A DNA stretch of 64,000 bases, from the NCBI GenBank assembly GCA_029261035.1, contig JAJDCD010000023.1:38501-102500 (forward strand). The letters are read 5' to 3'. The stretch is from Candidatus Omnitrophota bacterium. GTDB lineage: Bacteria > Omnitrophota > Omnitrophia > Omnitrophales > JACROU01. Shown here piece by piece: positions 56,366 through 64,000 of the stretch. The notes beneath the pieces were generated by a model, which worked only from the letters and a program-made list of their open reading frames with translations, was not told the DNA's origin and made no database searches. The number at the start of each line of letters is the position of its first letter. Positions within the stretch are counted from its first letter, which is position 1. The translations under genes were made by a program, and so were the position numbers.

Positions 56366-59300
56366 TTATTTCTGGTTCCCAATGGGGTCTACCCATACTT
56401 CGGGTTTTTCACCCCTCTTTAACTTATTAACGTTCATGGCAAGCTCAGACTTTATCTTTGTTTCTGTTGGAGTAGGAGAAACTTTCCAAAAATGAGGCTT
56501 AAATTCAGCCCAATTTTCGAGGATATTACGGGCATAAGCACTACTCGTAAAGTCGACATGTTTTTGAATTAGTGCTTTTAAATCTGCTTCATCTGAAGCT
56601 TCTTCAAGGCGATCAATTCGAATCAATTGTGGGTTAAACCGCTTTTCAAAACCATTCTCTAAATCGAGGACATAGGCTAAACCACCCGTCATGCCTGCAC
56701 CAAAATTTCTTCCTGTCGCGCCCAAAACAACAACGGTTCCACCCGTCATATATTCACAACAATGGTCTCCAGAACCCTCTACAACGGTATTCGCTCCTGA
56801 ATTCCGAACACAAAAACGCTCTCCTGCTTTTCCAGCAGCAAATAAATATCCTGAAGTTGCGCCATACATAACTGTATTTCCGATAATTACGTTTTCATTT
56901 GATTTAAACGTAGCATCCTGAGAAGGGCGAACAATTAGTTCACCACCACACAGGCCTTTGCCCACATAATCGTTTGCTTCTCCATTTAAAGTTAATCGCA
57001 ATCCCTTAACGGCAAAAGCACCAAAACTTTGCCCTGCTGTTCCCGTTAATTCAACGTCAATGGTTCCTGCCGGTAACCCTGCATCACCATAACGCTTTGC
57101 TACTTCATAAGACAGCTGCGTTCCGACCGAACGATTAATGTTACGAACCTCTTTTTTAATAGAAACAGTTTGTTTATTTTCTAAAGCTGCTTGAGCTTCA
57201 GAAATTAAATCCAAATCAAGGGGGTGGTCATTTTGCCAATCATTCCGCTCCATGGTTTGCTTTATATCACGGGATCCATCGGGGTTCGCGTTTGCAAGTA
57301 AACGCTCTAAATTTAATTTCTCTGCTTTTGGATACCCTTCTGGAACCATTGCTTCAAGAAGATCTGTCCGTCCAATAATTTCATCTAAAGATTTGGCTCC
57401 GATAGACGCTAAAATTTCTCTTATGTCTTCTGAGATTCCTCTAAAAAAGTTTACAACCATGTCTGCCGTTCCAGCATACTTAAGGCGTAACTTTTCATCT
57501 TGTGTCGCAACACCTACAGGACATGTATTTAAATGACATTGACGAATCATACAACAACCGGCTGCAATCAACGCCATCGTACCAAATCCATACTCTTCAG
57601 CACCTAAAAGAGCCGCCACAACAACATCTCGGCCTGTTTTCATACCTCCGTCAGCCCTCAGACGAATTCGACCTCTTAAATCGTTAAGAACCAGCACTTG
57701 CTGTGCTTCTGCAATACCCAACTCCCACGGCCCTCCTGCATTTTTAATCGAACTTAAAGGAGAAGCCCCTGTTCCACCATCGTGGCCACTAATCAAAATA
57801 TTATCTGCATGCGCTTTAGCCACACCGGCTGCAATAGTCCCGACCCCCGCAACACCCACTAGCTTTACAGTCACTCTAGCTTTTGGGTTTGCTTGTTTTA
57901 AATCATAAATAAGCTGTGCTAAATCTTCAATACTATAAATATCATGATGAGGAGGTGGAGATATTAATGTAACACCGGGTGTTGAATTTCTAAGCGCTGC
58001 AATTTCCGCTGTTACTTTATGGCCTGGTAATTGGCCCCCTTCTCCTGGCTTAGACCCTTGAGCTACTTTAATTTCCAATTCATCACATGCGCCTAAATAT
58101 TCAATCGTAACTCCAAAACGTCCAGAAGCAACTTGTTTAATTCGACTATTAGCCCAATCTCCATTTTCATAGGGTTTATATCTACTCTTATCTTCTCCGC
58201 CTTCTCCACTGTCTGATTTTCCGCCAATTCGGTTCATCGCAATAGCCAAGGTTTCATGAGTCTCTTTACTCAAAGCACCCAGAGACATTCCCGGTGTATT
58301 AAAACGAGAATAAAAATTTTCAACAGGCTCTACTTCATCGATAGAAATAGCTGCTCCCAAAGAGTTTATTTTTAAAATATCTCTTAGCGCGGTTACGGGA
58401 CGTTCTTTTACGAATTTAGCATAAGCATCATAGTCTTCCTTCTCACCACTCTTTACAAACTTATGAATCGTTTTAATTACATTAGGATTAAAAGCGTGAT
58501 ACTCACCCCCACCCCGATAACGGTAAAATCCGCCCACATCTAATTTTTTCAAAGGTTCTTGTCCATAAGCTTCTTCATACCAGCCCAAAACATCTTTTGC
58601 TAAATCTTCATAGTCAATACCGTCCACTTGAGAAACGCAGCCCGTGAAACATTCTTCAATCATTTTTTGACCTAAACCAATAGCTTCAAAAACTTGTCCG
58701 CCACAATAACTTGTAATCGTTGAAATTCCCATTTTTGAAAGAATTTTGAGCAACCCTTTAATCACTGAATATTGAAAATTTTTATTTGCTTGTTCTGCTG
58801 TCAGTTCCTTAATTTGCCCTGATGTTACCAGCTGATCAAGGGATTCTAAAGCAAGCGAAGGACAAACGGCATTAGCTCCAAAACCCACCAAAGTAGCAAA
58901 GTGATGAATCTCTCTAGCATCTCCAGTCTCTGCAACAATACCGGCTTTCATCCTCTTTCCTTGACGAATTAAATGGTGATGACACGCCCCTACAGCTAAA
59001 AGCATTGGAATGTGTGCCTGACCTTCAGAACTACCCGTATTATCCAAAACAATAATTTTTGCTCCGGAATCAATCGCCTTTTCTGCTTCAAGTACCATTT
59101 GTTTAATAGACTTTTCTAGACCGCTCACACCGTCTGCAACAGAAAAAAGACATGGAATCGTCACTGTTTTAAAAGCAGCATCTTTGCCAGACTTTATCGC
59201 TTCTAACTCTTCCCTTAGAAGACAAGGTGATGGAAGCTCAATTAAACGTGCATGCTCAGGAGTTTCATCAAATAAATTTTTTCTTTCTCCTAGATAAGTG

Positions 59301-60946
59301 ACGGACGACATCACCAACTCTTCTCGAATAGGATCAATTGCTGGGTTGGTAACTTGAGCAAAAAGTTGTTTAAAGTAGGTATACAACAATCGAGGTTTCG
59401 TAGAAAGCACTGCCAAAGGAGTGTCGTCTCCCATAGAGCCTACAGCGTCCTTTGCCGTTTCACCCATCGGCCTTAACACCATAGAAATTTCTTCAGCATT
59501 ATAACCAAAAGCTATTTGTCGTTTAAGCAACTCTTCATCAGATTTGTTTTTACTACTGTCATACTTTTGGACATCTAAATCCTCAATGCGCTTTAAATTA
59601 TCATCAACCCATTGGCCATAAGGATGTTGAGAAGAAATTTGGTTCTTAATTTCTTCATCAAAAAGAAGCTCCCCTTTGTGAGTATCAATCGCCATTATTT
59701 TTCCTGGTCCCAAACGATCTTTTAAGCGAATGTTGGATTCTGGTATTTGAACCATCCCTACCTCAGAACCCATAATAACAACGTCATCTTTAGTAACAAC
59801 AAAACGAGCAGGTCTAAGACCATTTCTGTCCAAAGTAGCTCCTACGGTGACTCCGTCCGTAAACGCAATCGCTGCAGGACCATCCCAAGGCTCCATAGAG
59901 CACACATGATATTCGTAATAAGAACGCCATTCTGGGTGAATCTCCTCATCTGCTCTCCAAGCTTCTGGAATCATCATTGTGATGGAATGAAGAATATCTC
60001 GCCCAGACATCATGATCGCTTCTAAAGCATTGTCAGCGCTCGCAGAATCGCTCGCATCCCCTTCTAAAATAGGCTTCAACTTTTCGACATCCTCTCCGTA
60101 AAAATCCGAAGACAAAGACCCTTCTCTTGCTTTCATCCAGTTTCTATTCCCCTCTACCGTATTAATTTCTCCATTGTGTGCAATCATTCGGAAAGGTTGA
60201 GCTAAACTCCAATTCGGAAAGGTGTTCGTGCTATAACGTTGATGAAATAAAGCGATCGATGTTTCATAATCCGGGTTGGCTAAGTCAGGAAAAAATTCCT
60301 TTAGCTGTGCCGCTATTAACATCCCTTTATAAATAATTGTTTTGGAAGAAAAAGAGGGAATATAAAAATCACTATCGTGAAGAGCTTCGATTTCGTGTTC
60401 CGTTTGTTTGCGAACGAGAAAAAGAATTTGTTCGAAATTTTCTGAGGAAACAGAATCCGGTCTAGAAACAAAAAGCTGTTTAATCAAAGGCATCGTTTCT
60501 CGAGCATTATCTCCAATAAGAGATGGCTCTACGGGCACTTCTCTCCAACCTAAAATATTAAGCCCTTGTTCTCGAACTACTTTTTCAGCAATTTGAGTTT
60601 CAGTCTTTTGCTTATTTGCTTCTTGAGAAAGGAAAAATACTCCAACACCCAAATCGCCTTCAGCAGGCATTTCGGCACCTATTTCCTTAAAGAAGGGTAA
60701 AAATAATTTTCGAGGAATTTGAGTGAGAATACCGGCTCCATCTCCAGTCTTCGCATCAGCACCAATAGCACCACGATGGGTAATATTAACCACCGACTCA
60801 ATCGCTTGCTCCAAAATAGAATGGCTTTTCTCGCCCTTAATATGGGCAACAAAACCCGTTCCACAAGCATCTTTCTCAAACCGAGATTGATACAGGGTAT
60901 TCTCTGGTAATGGTTTTAACCTACTATCTACTCTATACTTACTCAT
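56366..60946 (-). CDS. gltB: Glutamate synthase (GOGAT) large subunit
   Basis: 1,526 aa. N-terminal amidotransferase CGTGFVAHIKG, then the FMN-binding and C-terminal GXGXG domains. Confidence 0.92.
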   Translation of the reverse strand: MSKYRVDSRLKPLPENTLYQSRFEKDACGTGFVAHIKGEKSHSILEQAIESVVNITHRGAIGADAKTGDGAGILTQIPRKLFLPFFKEIGAEMPAEGDLGVGVFFLSQEANKQKTETQIAEKVVREQGLNILGWREVPVEPSLIGDNARETMPLIKQLFVSRPDSVSSENFEQILFLVRKQTEHEIEALHDSDFYIPSFSSKTIIYKGMLIAAQLKEFFPDLANPDYETSIALFHQRYSTNTFPNWSLAQPFRMIAHNGEINTVEGNRNWMKAREGSLSSDFYGEDVEKLKPILEGDASDSASADNALEAIMMSGRDILHSITMMIPEAWRADEEIHPEWRSYYEYHVCSMEPWDGPAAIAFTDGVTVGATLDRNGLRPARFVVTKDDVVIMGSEVGMVQIPESNIRLKDRLGPGKIMAIDTHKGELLFDEEIKNQISSQHPYGQWVDDNLKRIEDLDVQKYDSSKNKSDEELLKRQIAFGYNAEEISMVLRPMGETAKDAVGSMGDDTPLAVLSTKPRLLYTYFKQLFAQVTNPAIDPIREELVMSSVTYLGERKNLFDETPEHARLIELPSPCLLREELEAIKSGKDAAFKTVTIPCLFSVADGVSGLEKSIKQMVLEAEKAIDSGAKIIVLDNTGSSEGQAHIPMLLAVGACHHHLIRQGKRMKAGIVAETGDAREIHHFATLVGFGANAVCPSLALESLDQLVTSGQIKELTAEQANKNFQYSVIKGLLKILSKMGISTITSYCGGQVFEAIGLGQKMIEECFTGCVSQVDGIDYEDLAKDVLGWYEEAYGQEPLKKLDVGGFYRYRGGGEYHAFNPNVIKTIHKFVKSGEKEDYDAYAKFVKERPVTALRDILKINSLGAAISIDEVEPVENFYSRFNTPGMSLGALSKETHETLAIAMNRIGGKSDSGEGGEDKSRYKPYENGDWANSRIKQVASGRFGVTIEYLGACDELEIKVAQGSKPGEGGQLPGHKVTAEIAALRNSTPGVTLISPPPHHDIYSIEDLAQLIYDLKQANPKARVTVKLVGVAGVGTIAAGVAKAHADNILISGHDGGTGASPLSSIKNAGGPWELGIAEAQQVLVLNDLRGRIRLRADGGMKTGRDVVVAALLGAEEYGFGTMALIAAGCCMIRQCHLNTCPVGVATQDEKLRLKYAGTADMVVNFFRGISEDIREILASIGAKSLDEIIGRTDLLEAMVPEGYPKAEKLNLERLLANANPDGSRDIKQTMERNDWQNDHPLDLDLISEAQAALENKQTVSIKKEVRNINRSVGTQLSYEVAKRYGDAGLPAGTIDVELTGTAGQSFGAFAVKGLRLTLNGEANDYVGKGLCGGELIVRPSQDATFKSNENVIIGNTVMYGATSGYLFAAGKAGERFCVRNSGANTVVEGSGDHCCEYMTGGTVVVLGATGRNFGAGMTGGLAYVLDLENGFEKRFNPQLIRIDRLEEASDEADLKALIQKHVDFTSSAYARNILENWAEFKPHFWKVSPTPTETKIKSELAMNVNKLKRGEKPEVWVDPIGNQK

Positions 60947-60991
60947 GAATCTAATATCCTTTTTCTAAGGGGCTCTCAATTTCTAACACTA

Positions 60992-61048
60992 GGGGAAATG
61001 GATTTTTGATACTGTTGCAAAGCAACTGTGTCAAAAATGCGTGTCCCC
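60992..61048. repeat. Family C repeat, copy 4 (divergent inner region)
   Basis: ggggaaatggatttttgatactgttgc-aaa-gcaactgtgtcaaaaatgcgtgtcccc. Confidence 0.55.
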
Positions 61049-61194
61049 ACAACCCCACTTATATATGTAAAACCTAATCAGCGTAAAAGGGCTAGAATTA
61101 TACAAGGGACGGCACCTCTATATCAAGCTTTAAAATATTTTTGATTATAGGACAGTTTATGGGGTTTTCCTACGACCCTACAAAATGCTCCACT

Positions 61195-61235
61195 CCCTAA
61201 GGTGCCAGGCTCCTGAGGAGCCTGGCACCTTAGGG
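61195..61235. repeat. Family F long hairpin (19-bp perfect stem, 3-nt loop)
   Basis: ccctaaggtgccaggctcc-tga-ggagcctggcaccttaggg. Confidence 0.65.
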
Positions 61236-61264
61236 ATAAAATGGCTACAGTTATAGGACATTAA

Positions 61265-61298
61265 CCCTCTCCTTCATGAGGAGAGGGTTAGGGTGAGG
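61265..61298. repeat. Family D element
   Basis: ccctctcct-tcat-gaggagagg+gttagggtgagg, directly 3' of the 61316.. minus-strand gene. Confidence 0.65.
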
Positions 61299-61315
61299 AG
61301 TTCATTTTTAGAAAT

Positions 61316-64000
61316 TTAGGCCGCAACCTTAAGAGCTTGTTGAGCTTGGTGATATACGTAGAGATTTTGGATAAATTCTTGGGTCATCTGCCAAAGACCA
61401 TTTTGATTTTTAAGACCCAAAGAATGATAAAGCTGTTTTCGAGTTCTCTCATCTTGAACTAAAGCAATGCTTGTCATTAATTCCAATAGATCTGAAGTTC
61501 TAATACCGCTCTGTTCTACCAACTCTGAGTTCCAACGAACGCGTTCATAACTCTTCTTAATTTTAGGAAGATTCTGTCGGTCTGTTAAAGATTGAAAACT
61601 AATCCCGTTAGAAATTTCTTTCAATTCTTCCTTTACCTCGGAAACAAGAAAGTGTTGTTTGGCAATTACCTCAACCCCTTCTAAAGCCAACACTTGTTTT
61701 AACCCCTTCAGTTCTTCTGTTTCTTGCTGAAGTACAATAATTTTACTCCCTCGACGTCCTTTAAAAATAGAAACTAATTCTTCCTGTGCTACTTCATTTA
61801 ACATGGCTTCGCTTAAAATCCAAGCGATAGGCTCCAACTCTTTCTGTCCTAAACTCTGCGCTTTAACAATTACACCTTTAACACTATTAAGCGAAATAGC
61901 AAATTCAGATACTTGTCCAGGACCAACCTGTTTTATGTTAGATTGAATAAAGTCAAATAGAGTCTTATCCAATTGAACCTTATCTTGCTTTAACCATTGC
62001 TTTACAAGTCCTTCAGAAAAAAGATTTTTTGCGAATTCAGGAATTAACGAAATAACTTCACTATAAATTGCTTTTGTTTTTAACTTATACAGATTCTCTA
62101 TTGCAAGCTCTGATGTCTCTTCGTTAATAACGATAGCTGATGAAGATACGCTGCTAGGATCTAATCCCTTTGAAAATAATTTCATAACATACTGTCCAAC
62201 AGCATTTTGGAATACAGAAGCGTTTAGCCAAGTTTGAACATCTTCTAATGACAGGTAAGGACGCACATCTTCCGGCAATCTTTTTTCTATACCACGAAAT
62301 AACATCTCACTTATTGTTCCATGCTGTTCTTTTAATCGATACACTACCCCATGGTCTGAAGAAGACTGCATCATCGGCATTATCTTTTTAATTTCAGCCA
62401 TTTTGTCTCCAGAATACAATGCTGTTGGAACAAGATGACTCGCTTCTATTTCTACCCCTCTTTGCTTAAGCGCTTGAATAACCCAATTGTTTATAGGAGG
62501 CTTTGGAGTTGTTGTTTGTAAAATGCTAATAAAAACACTTCCACCAAAAGGACGCTTAACTCGAGCGATCAAATTCGACAAATCTTTCATCTCATCTATC
62601 GTTGAAAGTCCCCTCTCGGTATGTCCAATAAGAAAGTCTCTTCTTACCATAGACAAATAGTTTTCTGTAGACATTAAATCTACGGCCCATACATGATCAT
62701 ATGATTCATCTACAAGAATCTGACTGCTGACTTCAAATACACTTTTTTGTATCAAAGTAAAGCTACCTCCAGACTCTTGAATCTTATCTTTTACCTGTTG
62801 ATACAATGCATTTAATTGCGGCGCATAAACCGTTGAGGGTTCCACAACAGTCACCTGAGCACCCATCATTGCTGAAATTAATGAAAACACCGTATGTCCT
62901 GGCCCTATCTCCAACAACCGATCTCCAGGCTGAACGGAGACAGAATTAAAAATTTTCTCTACTTCTCTTTCAGACAAAAAGAACCCTGATTTGTACTTAA
63001 AACTTTCAACACCTGTTAAAACGCTCATTGCACTAGGAGCTGCTTTACTTGCTTTCTCAAAATCAAGGTTTTCTTTTAAATATTTAAAAACTTCTTTAAC
63101 ATCTCCTGGTTCGTTCCTGTCTAGTTTTTGCGACATTTCAGGAAAAGAAACACCTAAGCTAGCTGCTTTTACAGAACTAGCCTCTTCTACCAACCTCGAA
63201 AAAACATTATCGGTATTCAAAGAAATACTTCCTGGTAAAACTTTTGGTAAACCTGCATACGCATTCTTAATACTTATCACCTCAGAAAGCCAAGGCAAGT
63301 CCCTTTTAGCAACTACCCAATCGGCAAGACGAACAATTTTTTTTACAGACTCCAAGCTTCTCCCTTCTCGGGCTAGCTTTTCCGCAAATAGCAGCTCTGC
63401 TTGCGAGCCCAAACTTTGAGCATCAATACGATTAAAATGAAAACCACTTCCGTTATCCAACATATTGGTTCGCCAATCAATTTGACCACTTTCATCTAAC
63501 AAATTCCGATCTCCAAGCACCACTCTTACAGCAGACAAATGAGTTCCATGCCCAAATAGCACAACAACTTTTTCGTTGTCTTGATAAGTATCATTTATTT
63601 TTTCCATCAATTTCTTTGCTCGGTCTAAAACTTTTAAGAAACTCTCTCCCCTAGGAAATTGAATTCGCGCATTGGCAGCATAACGATACATGTATTCAAG
63701 CTCAAGTTCTTGAGAATCAAAGTTGGCAACTGATTTTTGATCTGCTGTACCAAAGCTCATTTCATTCAACAAGGGTTCTTCAACAACTTCCAGATTAGTT
63801 CCCGTCCGTTCTTGAAAATGCTGAATAAAAGCATCTGCAGTCTCCTTTGAACGTCCCAACTCGCTTGTCATAACAACAACCTGTTTCCCATCAAGTACTA
63901 ATTCTTCAAGTTGAGCATATAATGCTTCAGCTGCCAGCTTCGCCTGCAACTGCCCCTTTTCATTTAACTGGTTATCCGGCTCGTCTACATTCCCCTGGAA
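61316..64000 (-). CDS. Large multidomain protein (histidine phosphatase/PGAM-like N-domain + class I SAM methyltransferase + C-terminal region); N-terminus runs off the window
   Basis: …QAKLAAEALYA…VVLFGHGTHL is a histidine-phosphatase-like pattern. LLEIGPGHTVFSLISAMMGAQVTVVEPS is a methyltransferase motif I/II-like glycine-rich patch. The ORF is open to nt 64000. Confidence 0.7.
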   Translation of the reverse strand, partial: FQGNVDEPDNQLNEKGQLQAKLAAEALYAQLEELVLDGKQVVVMTSELGRSKETADAFIQHFQERTGTNLEVVEEPLLNEMSFGTADQKSVANFDSQELELEYMYRYAANARIQFPRGESFLKVLDRAKKLMEKINDTYQDNEKVVVLFGHGTHLSAVRVVLGDRNLLDESGQIDWRTNMLDNGSGFHFNRIDAQSLGSQAELLFAEKLAREGRSLESVKKIVRLADWVVAKRDLPWLSEVISIKNAYAGLPKVLPGSISLNTDNVFSRLVEEASSVKAASLGVSFPEMSQKLDRNEPGDVKEVFKYLKENLDFEKASKAAPSAMSVLTGVESFKYKSGFFLSEREVEKIFNSVSVQPGDRLLEIGPGHTVFSLISAMMGAQVTVVEPSTVYAPQLNALYQQVKDKIQESGGSFTLIQKSVFEVSSQILVDESYDHVWAVDLMSTENYLSMVRRDFLIGHTERGLSTIDEMKDLSNLIARVKRPFGGSVFISILQTTTPKPPINNWVIQALKQRGVEIEASHLVPTALYSGDKMAEIKKIMPMMQSSSDHGVVYRLKEQHGTISEMLFRGIEKRLPEDVRPYLSLEDVQTWLNASVFQNAVGQYVMKLFSKGLDPSSVSSSAIVINEETSELAIENLYKLKTKAIYSEVISLIPEFAKNLFSEGLVKQWLKQDKVQLDKTLFDFIQSNIKQVGPGQVSEFAISLNSVKGVIVKAQSLGQKELEPIAWILSEAMLNEVAQEELVSIFKGRRGSKIIVLQQETEELKGLKQVLALEGVEVIAKQHFLVSEVKEELKEISNGISFQSLTDRQNLPKIKKSYERVRWNSELVEQSGIRTSDLLELMTSIALVQDERTRKQLYHSLGLKNQNGLWQMTQEFIQNLYVYHQAQQALKVAA

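Overview
This 64-kb window looks like a low-GC (~37-38%) genome of an environmental, Chlamydiae-like bacterium. That placement is an inference from gene content, chiefly a double-length ~520-aa ThyX together with complex I and a system-II cytochrome c biogenesis pair; no database search was possible, so it stays provisional.

Features in order along the window:
- A 2,844-aa secreted giant protein (34..8568) built from 19 tandem ~140-aa repeats.
- A zinc-type alcohol dehydrogenase (ADH) and a UMF1/Atg22-type transporter of the major facilitator superfamily (MFS).
- A complete 14-gene NADH:quinone oxidoreductase (complex I) locus split into two convergent halves: nuoA-I on the + strand and nuoJ-N on the - strand, consistent with a local ~5.8-kb inversion.
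- A second secreted giant protein of 1,694 aa (25701..30785). It shares its N-terminal ~400-aa domain with the first giant protein, and also carries an atypical protein-kinase-like domain and a basic, Pro-rich low-complexity tract.
- Housekeeping genes: a flavin reductase, the long ThyX, a metallo-beta-lactamase-fold hydrolase, cytochrome c, a MazG-like protein, leuC and leuD, a YeaO-like protein, ccsA and resB, a ydbH-ynbE-ydbL-like operon, queD-like and YkoF-like genes, mutY, gltB, and a multidomain histidine-phosphatase/methyltransferase protein truncated at the window end.
- A tightly coupled accessory lipid/polyketide-type cluster (45662..53676): two FabZ-like dehydratases, a FabG-like ketoreductase, an extended acyl carrier protein (ACP), AcpS, two ketoacyl-ACP synthases, an alpha/beta hydrolase, a LolA-like protein and a HAD hydrolase. 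The gene set resembles an aryl-polyene-like cluster.

The most unusual aspect is the intergenic DNA, which carries at least six families of short palindromic repeats. Several families show compensatory (covarying) stem changes between copies. Members include GTGACWGTCAC arrays placed upstream of each NADH-dehydrogenase-module gene (nuoE, nuoF, nuoG) and a MITE-like element (miniature inverted-repeat element) with a conserved core and copy-specific self-complementary flanks. No rRNA, tRNA or CRISPR array was found.
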